DNA of 32,000 nt from Candidatus Methanoperedens sp. (GTDB taxonomy: Archaea; Halobacteriota; Methanosarcinia; Methanosarcinales; Methanoperedenaceae): NCBI GenBank assembly GCA_027460535.1, contig JAPZAR010000030.1, positions 30,001-62,000 of the forward strand, in the 5' to 3' direction. A program made the translations under genes and the position numbers. A model generated the notes under the pieces. The model made no database searches, was not told the origin of the DNA, and saw only the letters and a program-made list of their open reading frames with translations. Shown here piece after piece: positions 9,611-17,709 of this stretch (positions are counted from its first letter, which is position 1; each line of letters begins with the position of its first letter).

Positions 9611-10002
9611 TAATTCAATCTCCTGACAGTCAAATATAATTTAAGACTTGATAAATCTTTTCATGTGCCATCAATTATTGTATGATGCATGGATACTTTT
9701 TGTTTTATCCTTAGCTGACACAGATACGACTCTAAAAAAAATACTGATACGATCCCGGCGAAGATTCGCATTTTTTTGTCAGTCTTCATTATCCCCGGTT
9801 CATTTTTTTTCTGCAAAGAGGTGCACTCTATATTAATGGCGATCAGGAAAGGGCTGCAAAAAGAGTTTTCGAAATAAAAATAAGACTTTCTGAAAAACCT
9901 GTCTCTGTAACTCCAATTGAGCGAAAGCTTTTACCCAGATAACATATAACATTAATGTGTGAGTGGAAGGATCATCCATTCAAGAAGATAAGGGAGGAAA
10001 AT

Positions 10003-10512
10003 ATGCCAAAGGTAGTAGTTGTATATCTCAGTACATCAGGCAACACCAAAGCGATGGCAGATGCCATCGTAGAAGGTGCAAAATCAAGAAATATTGACGC
10101 TAAAGCCATGAATTTCCATGAAGCAAGAATAGAGGACATAAAAGCTGCGGATGCCATTGCGATTGGCTCTTCGACTTTCTATTACAAGATGCTGCCTCCT
10201 ATGGAAAAATTTATTGAGAGCCTTGAAAAAGCAAATGTAGCAAATAAAGTAGGGTCAGCTTTCGGCTCTTACGGATGGAGTGGTGAAGCACCTATAATGA
10301 TCGCAGAAAAAATGCGTAAGCTTGGCATGGAAATAATAGATCCCGTATTGCGAATCCAGTATCAACCTACAGACAAAGATCTTGAAGAATGTAAAAGGCT
10401 TGGAAAAGATATCGCTAATAAAGTGAAAAAGAAATATACCAAGTCAGAAAGCGGTTCAAAGCTTGAAGATGCAACCATGAAGGAAGTCAAAATGGGTGAG
10501 GGAGGTCACTGA
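10003..10512 (+). CDS. Flavodoxin
   Basis: 'KVVVVYLSTSGNTKAMADAI' is the flavodoxin FMN phosphate-binding loop, and 'GSYGWSGEA' follows. I prefer the ATG at 10003 because GGGAGG lies 5 nt upstream. The track ORF starts at 9955. Confidence 0.85.
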   Translation: MPKVVVVYLSTSGNTKAMADAIVEGAKSRNIDAKAMNFHEARIEDIKAADAIAIGSSTFYYKMLPPMEKFIESLEKANVANKVGSAFGSYGWSGEAPIMIAEKMRKLGMEIIDPVLRIQYQPTDKDLEECKRLGKDIANKVKKKYTKSESGSKLEDATMKEVKMGEGGH

Positions 10513-10634
10513 GAGAGAGACGGTTGCGTGAGGATTTCTATCTTTCATCTGTTGTTTTGGCAATTGCTAAAAGAAGGAAAATAGAATATCACAAAAATGT
10601 GCATTTTTATTTTTTTCACATCTTTAATTTTCAA

Positions 10635-11270
10635 TTACGATTTTCTATCCCTATATACAATGAGAGCTGTACCAAGAACACCCGCGATTAAAAGCATTAT
10701 ATCTTCCAAAATTCCCCAATTTAATACTGCACTGAATCCTAAAAAGGACCATATTAATGGGATTATTAATAAATATTTAGGGAATTTCTTATTTGTCCAT
10801 AAAAGTACCCCAAAAGTAAATATTATTGTGGGGCAAGGGACCCCAAATGTTGGTGCTCTTGGATAAACATGACCAAAAGAATATCCAAGAATAGGGTAAA
10901 TTATCAATCCATATAAAATGAAAATGGCACCTGCTATTGTGTATGCATTAAAATTAAATTTGAAAGAAAGGTCAGATTTAATGAATCCTGAGATAAAAAA
11001 TAATATTGATTGGACGATAAAAAGTGCTCCAAAAATATATGCGGCATTATTTATCGATGTAAAATATATCAAATGATATACGATACCCATCCACAACCAA
11101 AAGAATGCTAGAATGCCTGAAATAATTTTATCTGAATTCTTTGCCTTCCATAAAATTAAAATTAAAGCAATCAAGGCAATTAGATATAAAAAAATCTGCA
11201 TTGGCCAAACAGCTAAGTTATATTGTTCAAAAACTCCTAAAAATTGATCAGCTGTAAATGGTACTCCCAT
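10635..11270 (-). CDS. Multi-pass membrane protein (DUF6064-like)
   Basis: 211 aa and strongly hydrophobic. The N-terminal 'PFTADQFLGVFEQYNLAVWPMQIF' resembles DUF6064-family proteins as I recall them. The gene is AT-rich and is the first gene of the island. Confidence 0.7.
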   Translation of the reverse strand: MGVPFTADQFLGVFEQYNLAVWPMQIFLYLIALIALILILWKAKNSDKIISGILAFFWLWMGIVYHLIYFTSINNAAYIFGALFIVQSILFFISGFIKSDLSFKFNFNAYTIAGAIFILYGLIIYPILGYSFGHVYPRAPTFGVPCPTIIFTFGVLLWTNKKFPKYLLIIPLIWSFLGFSAVLNWGILEDIMLLIAGVLGTALIVYRDRKS

Positions 11271-11384
11271 GTAAATAAAATTTAATCATAAACTATAAAA
11301 TCTTTCCGTTTAATTCTTCATTTTAGGATTTGTGCCTGATTTTCATTATAAAGAAGTTGTTTGAATTCCATCGCTTTTCGAGAG

Positions 11385-11520
11385 CATAAGAGCCTATCGT
11401 TGCAGTGAACTCGCCCTGACTTTGTCCGAAGCATCGCTAATACTGGCGCATGCGTCCCGAAGGGCTGTTCGTAGGCGCACATTCGCTTTTGCGTGCTCCC
11501 TTCATGGGAGGGGAATCTTG
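11385..11520 (+). repeat. Interspersed structured repeat, copy 1 (long form, head truncated)
   Basis: It shares 'gcatcgc[ct]aatactggcgcatgcgt...cccgaagggctgttcgtaggcgcacattcgcttttgc[ag]tgctcccttca' almost base for base with 13620-13710. The strand label is arbitrary, but all copies share this orientation. Confidence 0.85.
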
Positions 11521-11677
11521 ATAAGTAATAATATTTAAAAACACGCTTTGCATTATAGCAGTAGAATTAAAAATTCATTGCACCAAAATCGAAGGAATTC
11601 AAAAAATGAGTATCCAACAAGCATGGAGGAGTTAAAGTAAATATCAACCTAAATATGATATTAGTAAAGGTTAATCT

Positions 11678-12184
11678 ATGTTTAAGTGGAATAAGGAATA
11701 CTTTATAAAATCTGCTGCTATCGTTTTATTCATAATCATTGCCGGATGCGTAAGCACGCAGCCACATGCTACGCCGGTTCCCCCACAGGAGAAACTTCCC
11801 AATAAGACACTTCGTCCAATAAGTGTTGTTTCTGTGGAACCTGGGTGTGCTAGATTTGGAGATAATGGTTGTTATCCTGCGGGACCAGCGTTCACGCTTA
11901 CGTTGAACGCTAGCTCCACCAATATGCCAGTAACACACCTCTCTGCGACGCTCATTCTTATAAAAGAGGTTGAACCGACCTTCCAGATCCCCGTCGAATT
12001 CACCTTCCCTTACATAAGTCAGTCGAACCCGTTAATGCCGGGTCAAAATGCATCGGAGACTTCAGGTGCAATAGTCGGCCCAGTGGATGTCTTGAATACT
12101 AACGGCACTACCACCGTGCTCATAGAGGGTACGCTTCAGAACGGGCAATCCTTCAGTTACTGGACAAATGAGACTTCATCATAG
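11678..12184 (+). CDS. Putative secreted lipoprotein
   Basis: 168 aa. It has a signal peptide and a lipobox-like 'FIIIAGC', followed by a Pro/Thr-rich linker. The function is unknown. Confidence 0.6.
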   Translation: MFKWNKEYFIKSAAIVLFIIIAGCVSTQPHATPVPPQEKLPNKTLRPISVVSVEPGCARFGDNGCYPAGPAFTLTLNASSTNMPVTHLSATLILIKEVEPTFQIPVEFTFPYISQSNPLMPGQNASETSGAIVGPVDVLNTNGTTTVLIEGTLQNGQSFSYWTNETSS

Positions 12185-12317
12185 GATTTCTCCAGGCAAG
12201 GTTAAATTCACATAGTTCCTGAAATTCGCCTGCCCTTAGTTCTATAACCACAAGCATTGACCAACCTGAAAAGTTGATTGATAGCAAAGTAAAAGAGAAA
12301 AAAGTGATTTCTTCTTA

Positions 12318-12644
12318 CTATTTGCTCGGTGGCTTGTATCCCGACTTCGATGCTTTCTTCATAGCCTCAATGCTTTCATCGACCGATAGCAATGGTGTAG
12401 TGTTGAATGTTTTTACAGAACCCGCGGCTAAGACGGCCATTGAAAAGGCCAATGTGCTCACATTGTCAGGAAAGCTTGCGACTAATACAACGTCATACTT
12501 TCCGAATGTGAACCAGAAGTTCTTAATTTCTCCTCCAAGTTTTTCAATTGCAGGACGTATAGCTTCTTCACGATTTTGGGGCTTTGCTAACATTGCAGCT
12601 ACAGCTTCGGGTGTATATGTCACCTGCAATAAATAATCTGGCAT
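12318..12644 (-). CDS. GYD-domain protein
   Basis: 'MPDYLLQVTYTPEAVAAMLAKPQNREEAIRPAIEKLGGEIKNFWFTFGKYDVVLV' is the GYD-family pattern. I prefer the ATG at 12644 because GGAGGT lies 6-11 nt upstream. The track start is 12662. Confidence 0.75.
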   Translation of the reverse strand: MPDYLLQVTYTPEAVAAMLAKPQNREEAIRPAIEKLGGEIKNFWFTFGKYDVVLVASFPDNVSTLAFSMAVLAAGSVKTFNTTPLLSVDESIEAMKKASKSGYKPPSK

Positions 12645-12829
12645 TAATTCACCTCCACTCAATTATTCAATTTATTGTTTGAAATAATGGTATTTATATC
12701 TATTCGTCAAAAGTTTTAGTTAAATTTTCCCTTGGCGAATAGCACATACTGCCGATTACAATATTTTTCGGATAGGTGCAAGCTTGACAGAAGTTTTTCT
12801 GAATTAATATCGCCACTATGAGCATGAAA

Positions 12830-12895
12830 AACCCATCGCCTTCAGACACGGACTCCGCAATGAAGGGCATCACGGCGCAGGTGCATGAGGGTTCT
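12830..12895 (+). repeat. Possible degenerate, internally deleted fragment of the interspersed repeat
   Basis: 'cccatcgccttcag' (12832-12845) matches 'ccctatcgccttcag' of copy 2. It is followed by scattered matches (acggact, gaaggg, ggcgca). The evidence is weak. Confidence 0.35.
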
Positions 12896-12962
12896 ATCGT
12901 TTATTGGTGTTCTGGCTTTTGTCATTAAAGAGGGGGCACGGAAATACGATATAGCGGAGCTA

Positions 12963-13196
12963 TCACAATTTCTTCAAACACTTATTGTATTCCTCAACAC
13001 TAAGTTCTATTTCCCTCAGAATTTCTTTTATTAGCGGGCGTGCTAAATCTCTTCCAGGATGATGCGGTACACTGGTCGTTCTTCCGTCAGGATTCCTGTA
13101 AAACACATGGCTCCCTTTCTGCCGTACTCTCTCAAATCCCAGTGTAAGCAGCAACTTCTCCATTTTTCTGGCATCGATTATCTGAAGCCTGCTCAA
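12963..13196 (-). CDS. hicA: HicA-family toxin (type II TA)
   Basis: 77 aa. 'KMEKLLLTLGFERVRQKGSHVFYRNPDGRTTSVPHHPGRDLARPLIKEILREI' is the HicA/YcfA signature. It overlaps the upstream hicB by 4 nt. Confidence 0.85.
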   Translation of the reverse strand: MSRLQIIDARKMEKLLLTLGFERVRQKGSHVFYRNPDGRTTSVPHHPGRDLARPLIKEILREIELSVEEYNKCLKKL

Positions 13197-13435
13197 ATAC
13201 TCACCTCAACTTGCTGAATCCCGACAAATTGAGGTAAATATTGCTTGTTCTCAGGCTCCATTTCTTCCAGGCACAGTTCCAGTACCTCTTTAAGGTTCTC
13301 CTGAAGCTCATCGAGAGTCTCCGCCTGAGTATGGGCACCAGGAATTCCCGGGACAATCGCCACGTATAAGCCTGTTTCAGGATCTTTTTCGATGTATGCA
13401 GTTAGTGTTGGCATTTGAAACCTCGATATTTTCAA
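13193..13435 (-). CDS. hicB: HicB-like antitoxin (UPF0150 fold, short form)
   Basis: 80 aa. 'TAYIEKDPETGLYVAIVPGIPGAHTQAETLDELQENLKEVLELCLE' is the typical HicB N-domain. It is translationally coupled to hicA. Confidence 0.8.
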   Translation of the reverse strand: MKISRFQMPTLTAYIEKDPETGLYVAIVPGIPGAHTQAETLDELQENLKEVLELCLEEMEPENKQYLPQFVGIQQVEVSI

Positions 13436-13552
13436 TTGAGTTATAGGTATTGATTTGTCTTATACTTTATTTCTGCAGGCTCGCAAGATTTTGAAAATAT
13501 TACTTATTTTTGAGCCATTCGTCCCAATCTGTTCTTTTATACGTTTTATTCT

Positions 13553-13731
13553 CTTGGTATTCCGCATAATATACACTTTGGATGTACCCAATCCCTATCG
13601 CCTTCAGTGACCACGCTCGGACTTCGTCCGATGCATCGCCAATACTGGCGCATGCGTTATCCCGAAGGGCTGTTCGTAGGCGCACATTCGCTTTTGCATG
13701 CTCCCTTCAGGGCGGGGGGCAATCCTCATGG
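13553..13731 (+). repeat. Interspersed structured repeat, copy 2 (long form, most complete head and core)
   Basis: The head 'ttggtattccgcataatatacactttggatg' matches copy 3. The core matches copies 1 and 4. Hairpins are CGGAC-ttc-GTCCG, GCAT-c-GCCA-atac-TGGC-gc-ATGC and GAAGGG...CCCTTC, followed by a GGGCGGGGGGCA tract. Confidence 0.9.
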
Positions 13732-13911
13732 GTTCATGTTTTCCTTGCAGTCATGGGTTTGCTTTTTTATAGATATCTAGCATGGAAGACAAAAAAGTAT
13801 AGTCTTTCGTTGAAGGAATTCATCGATGCTTTATCCGGAATAAGGATTGCTATTGTAAAGGATAAAAAATCGGATAGATCTGAGATCGTTGTTGAAGAGA
13901 AGCGGGTGAGG

Positions 13912-14238
13912 TTAGATAATGTGTTTCTTATATGCATCCCATATCTCTTGGGCAATTATAGTGTATTCTGCTTTTGAACCTGCAATATCAGCGCCGAACC
14001 ATCGAACAAATTCTTGATGAAGTATGTTCTGCAAATCTTCTGGCGAACGTGCTTCCTTTAGCCGTGGGAAAATGGTGCCAACTTCTGGCTCGTATTCGTC
14101 AGTATTGATTCCGAAATTGATTCCGATGGGATCATTTCGAAACAGTATCTCCAGTATTTCGTTGTAGAGTTCTCCGTATTTATGCTTGAGCCTTTGGCGC
14201 TCCAGTTTGATTTCTTCTACGATATTCATATCCTGCAA
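13912..14238 (-). CDS. Hypothetical small acidic protein (possibly immunity-protein-like)
   Basis: 108-aa ORF. The 'NDPIGINFGINTDEYEPEVGTIFPRL' pattern resembles small DUF1871/immunity-like proteins. That assignment is by eye only. Confidence 0.5.
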   Translation of the reverse strand: MQDMNIVEEIKLERQRLKHKYGELYNEILEILFRNDPIGINFGINTDEYEPEVGTIFPRLKEARSPEDLQNILHQEFVRWFGADIAGSKAEYTIIAQEIWDAYKKHII

Positions 14239-14289
14239 TCTAAATATCTCATATCCGCATTACTCATAATTCCAGCTTGTGGAGTTTAA

Positions 14290-14629
14290 CTAACTATTCA
14301 AACCAAATAAATTACGCAATTTGCTAACCACTTCAGAACGCATTTCGGGTGATAACTCTCCCAATTCGCGCTTTATCAATGCTGTTGTGACTGTCATAAG
14401 GCGATGTAATCGAAGCGTAGAGGAAACACGCAAGCCGGTTACATTAAAATCCGCCGACTTTGAGTCCAAAACAACATCTGTTTCCAGTAAGTCGTTCGGT
14501 TTTCTACTTGTGATAAATGCCAAAACGACATGATGATGAGAGCCAATGGGTCAGGCATATGGCTGGTCGTACCTTCTGCGCTGTGAGGTCATCGAAAGGA
14601 AAAGGGACGAGGACTACTTTACCTATCAT
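14290..14629 (-). pseudogene. MazF/PemK-family toxin gene interrupted by a +1 frameshift
   Basis: The N-terminal part from the ATG at 14629 reads 'MIGKVVLVPFPFDDLTAQKVRPAICLT'. It then runs out of frame and stops at 14504. The remainder, 'PIGSHHHVVLAFITSRKPNDLLETDVVLD...GELSPEMRSEVVSKLRNLFG', continues in the +1 frame (track ORF 14290-14523). The shift falls at a C-run (plus-strand ggg, 14548-14550). Confidence 0.75.
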
Positions 14630-14870
14630 GAAATGGTCTTCCGTCCTCGGATGTATAAATATCCTCTTCAGGTTCCTTCAGGAAATCAAAAGCAGGATTG
14701 GCGGCGGCTGCATAAAGCCATTCCTTTTCGTCAATGTCTGCATCTTCAGGGAGCAGGATAATGACACGAACCCGTGTTGGACCGGCAACTGGCAACGGTT
14801 CGTCTAAAAGAAGCCTGTGCTGTGCGTCAACAGTTCCTGTTGTTTCAATGGCTTTTACTGCAACATCCAT
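14619..14870 (-). CDS. Putative antitoxin partner of the MazF-like gene
   Basis: 83 aa. Its stop overlaps the mazF-like ATG (ATGATAGGTAA overlap). The 'VRVIILLPEDADIDEKEWLYAAAANPAFDFLKEPEEDIYT' tail is the pattern seen in antitoxins paired with PemK-like toxins. Confidence 0.6.
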   Translation of the reverse strand: MDVAVKAIETTGTVDAQHRLLLDEPLPVAGPTRVRVIILLPEDADIDEKEWLYAAAANPAFDFLKEPEEDIYTSEDGRPFHDR

Positions 14871-15051
14871 ATCGATTTCTTCTTTCTATTTATTTTATTC
14901 AACAAAACTCATGGTACTCAGAGAATTTATAATTTCCTATGAGCGGGCGGTGCAGCTTGTGCCTGTGTGGGGCCAATCATCAATGGAATCGGGAGCATTA
15001 TTTCAATTAAGTATTCTAAATTAGGACACTGCCCTTTTTTTAGGGATGCAA

Positions 15052-15186
15052 TTGGTACTCCGCATAATATACTCTTTGGATGCACACAACCCTCATCGCC
15101 GGTACATGCACTTAGCCTACCTGAAGGGTTGTTGGCAGGCGCACATTCGCGTTTGCATGATCCCTTTAGGGCGGGGGGCAATTTTC
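15052..15186 (+). repeat. Interspersed structured repeat, copy 3 (short form)
   Basis: The head 'ttggtactccgcataatatactctttggatgcacacaaccctcatcgcc' matches copies 2 and 4. The central hairpin block is replaced by 'ggtacatgcacttagcctac'. The core 'ctgaagggttgttggcaggcgcacattcgcgtttgcatgatccctttagggcggggggca' is retained. Confidence 0.85.
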
Positions 15187-15579
15187 AAGACTTTGTGATT
15201 GATGCAACGGCGATACGTTGCCTTTGCGAAGCGTGCTTTTGATGAATGAAAACACAATTAACCGCTTCTGTCTGCTGGAGCGTAGGACTGTCGCCCAACC
15301 GCACTAAGGACGCCCGCAAACGGGTTTGGGCTATCCTCGAACCCTCTGGGCAGCGTGTTCAGGGGGGTGGGTCTTGGAAGTGTTATATGCTGGAACAATA
15401 TGACACAGAGACAAGAATATTTGCTAAAGAAATTAATATGCCTTAAAAATATAGTTATGAGAGATAAAGAATGTGGGAAACACCGAATCGGTTATTTGAA
15501 AGGATTAGGTGTGGTGAGATGCATGAACCTGAATCCCATAAGATCGTTGACCGTACACTTGAGGATATTAGAAGAATAA

Positions 15580-17709
15580 TCACTTAGCATTAAATCCTTG
15601 TTCCCAGACACTCCTTACATAATCGATATGAGCTTCCATGTGCTTAATTGCTCTTTCTTCATCTTTGTCGATGATAGCATCCAATATTTTGCTGTGTTGA
15701 CGTAAAGTCTCAAAAGATTGAACTTGTCTGCTTAGCGGAGATAATGATCTATATAACAATCTGCAAATATCATAGAATAGACTGTTTCCACTTGCGACAG
15801 ATATCCCCACATGGAAGTCAAAATCATACTCCCATATATCCTTCTCCTTTGCTTTTTCATCTCCTAGAGCTTTTTCAAATTCTCCTAAAATGGTCTTTAG
15901 AGCCTCTATGTTCCGAGTATCTCTATATTTTGCTGCCAGTCTTACTGAACTTAACTCCATCTGTTTGCGGACTTCCCAAATCGCTTCAAAAGTGCAGATA
16001 TCTTTTCTATAATCTGTTCGGAGTTTTTCAGTTAAAATATCGAAGAAGTGATTGATATCTATGTTAAAAATTACAGTATTATTACTCTCCCAAAAATTAA
16101 GTTCAACTTCTGTTGGATCTCTCATAATGGCATAGAACTGAACCTTGTTCTCTAAATGCCGATTGGTATCTTTAATAATATTATTAATGTTATCATCATC
16201 CAGACTATATCCAACAAATAAAATGGTTTTTATGAAAAAAAGCTCCTCGAGTTTATTGAAGATAATATAATCTCTATCAAAGGAACCATGTATTTTGTAA
16301 ATTGTTGTATCAGATTTCATCTCCAACATGTCTTTATCTTCTTGAATTAGATTAATTCTTCCTCTACGTTTTTTGATCGCATCTTCTAAAATGCAGTCAT
16401 TATTCGTTGTGATAGAATTTTTGATAGTTAAAATATCTGCAATCTTTTCATAAATCGAGGAATTACCGCCACGATTCATGATAACGTCTGTTAATCCGGA
16501 ACCAATAAATAAAACTGCATTCCCCTCAAATATCTCAGTAATTAATCGTTTCAAACTAATCTGATCAAAAAAGGGAGGATTATATGTAGGAATAAACCCA
16601 TTTCTAACTAAATCTTGTTCCATTTCAGCGGGTTTGTATGAAAAAACATCGAATTGACTTAATTCGCAATTCTTGTAGGAAATATAACCTGGAGCTACGC
16701 TACAAAGAGCGGCCGTGATAGATCCTCCGCCATCATTCAACAATTCCATAATCATCTCTTTTTTTTCTCTTGTACTTATGAAAATATGTGAATATGGGAA
16801 TGCCAGTCTAAGAATTGCGGTGATAAGCTTCAAGTGGTTATCGGAGACCTGATATTCATGCTTTGGCTGGAATGTCATTCTAGTAGCTGTTTTCAAACGA
16901 GGTATCCCAAATATCGGAAAGCAGTTGAATTTATTTCTTAAAAACAATCCATGTTTGATCAATGCCATGATATCGAATTTGAAATCATATAATCCGAGCA
17001 ACACACCAATCCCCACATTTCTTATTCCACTATTACAAATTCTTTCTTGAGTTTCTAGCCTGTACTGATAATCTTTTTTTGAAACACACTCTTTATGAAG
17101 CTCGTCGTATGTTTTCTGGTGATATGTTTCCTGCCACGATAGCACACTGTCTAAACCCACACTCTTCAACGAACTATAACTCTCCTGCGATAAAGGAGGA
17201 GAGTTTAAACCAATCATCCCACCACCTTCTTTCTGCGTTAGTTTATTTTTCAAATATCTTATATATTCCATCATTTCCTTTATGCCAATTTTCGGGTCGT
17301 CTGAGAAAACCAATTCTATTGTTCTAAAACTATTTTCTTCCGTCAAATAATCAATTTCCTTACAATATTGGTCAAAAAATAAGCGGGTTCTGCTGTGGCT
17401 GTCATTATTACAATTAAATGCACAATAAGGACATTTGTTTATACAATAATTTGTAATGTAAAGCGGAACCATTAGATTTATTTGATGTCCTAGCGCATCA
17501 TTCCTGACACACCTTGCAGTTTTCAACAGATTATGAAAATCTTTATTATTGGTGTTTGGATCTATATGGAGAAGTGAAGCAATTTCTAGTTCATTCAGCT
17601 CTTTTAATTTTTGCGCCTTCTCAAGAACTTTGTCAACATTCTTAAGTTCTGATTTTCCCTTATCTAAAAGATAATTGATTTCATCAGGGTCTATGCTAAA
17701 TCCATTCAT
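15580..17709 (-). CDS. Triple-domain fusion: ThiH/HydG-like radical-SAM enzyme + SIR2-like domain + FCD (FadR C-terminal) ligand-binding domain
   Basis: 709 aa.
- aa 1 to about 380: CxxxCxxC 'CINKCPYC' (C89/C93/C96, nt 17422-17445), with 'SWQETYH', 'YRLET', 'GIPRLK' and 'ISTRE' colinear with ThiH.
- aa about 385-565: 'VLFIGSGLT', 'IYKIHGSFD' and 'ILFVGYSLDDDNIN' resemble the SIR2_2 family.
- aa about 570-705: 'DFDFHVGISVASGN' and 'QHSKILDAIIDKDEERAIKHMEAHI' are FCD hallmarks.

An AAGAGGT Shine-Dalgarno-like site precedes the ATG. Confidence 0.8.
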   Translation of the reverse strand: MNGFSIDPDEINYLLDKGKSELKNVDKVLEKAQKLKELNELEIASLLHIDPNTNNKDFHNLLKTARCVRNDALGHQINLMVPLYITNYCINKCPYCAFNCNNDSHSRTRLFFDQYCKEIDYLTEENSFRTIELVFSDDPKIGIKEMMEYIRYLKNKLTQKEGGGMIGLNSPPLSQESYSSLKSVGLDSVLSWQETYHQKTYDELHKECVSKKDYQYRLETQERICNSGIRNVGIGVLLGLYDFKFDIMALIKHGLFLRNKFNCFPIFGIPRLKTATRMTFQPKHEYQVSDNHLKLITAILRLAFPYSHIFISTREKKEMIMELLNDGGGSITAALCSVAPGYISYKNCELSQFDVFSYKPAEMEQDLVRNGFIPTYNPPFFDQISLKRLITEIFEGNAVLFIGSGLTDVIMNRGGNSSIYEKIADILTIKNSITTNNDCILEDAIKKRRGRINLIQEDKDMLEMKSDTTIYKIHGSFDRDYIIFNKLEELFFIKTILFVGYSLDDDNINNIIKDTNRHLENKVQFYAIMRDPTEVELNFWESNNTVIFNIDINHFFDILTEKLRTDYRKDICTFEAIWEVRKQMELSSVRLAAKYRDTRNIEALKTILGEFEKALGDEKAKEKDIWEYDFDFHVGISVASGNSLFYDICRLLYRSLSPLSRQVQSFETLRQHSKILDAIIDKDEERAIKHMEAHIDYVRSVWEQGFNAK

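Noticed and set aside
13500-13685. Small minus-strand ORFs running through repeat copies (13500-13685, 14927-15181, 20770-20973) that share 'RLRTALR...VRAWS'
   Set aside because: The shared peptide stretches only reflect nucleotide repeat identity. Indels between copies shift the frame ('SIGDASDE' versus 'SMPRTK'), and copy 3 is read in a different frame. The element is therefore non-coding.
15471-15587. 38-codon plus-strand ORF (MWETPNRLFERIRCGEMHEPESHKIVDRTLEDIRRIIT) converging on and overlapping the stop of the radical-SAM gene
   Set aside because: The composition looks protein-like, but the ORF is far too short and unsupported. It is noted only in case homologous loci show it conserved.
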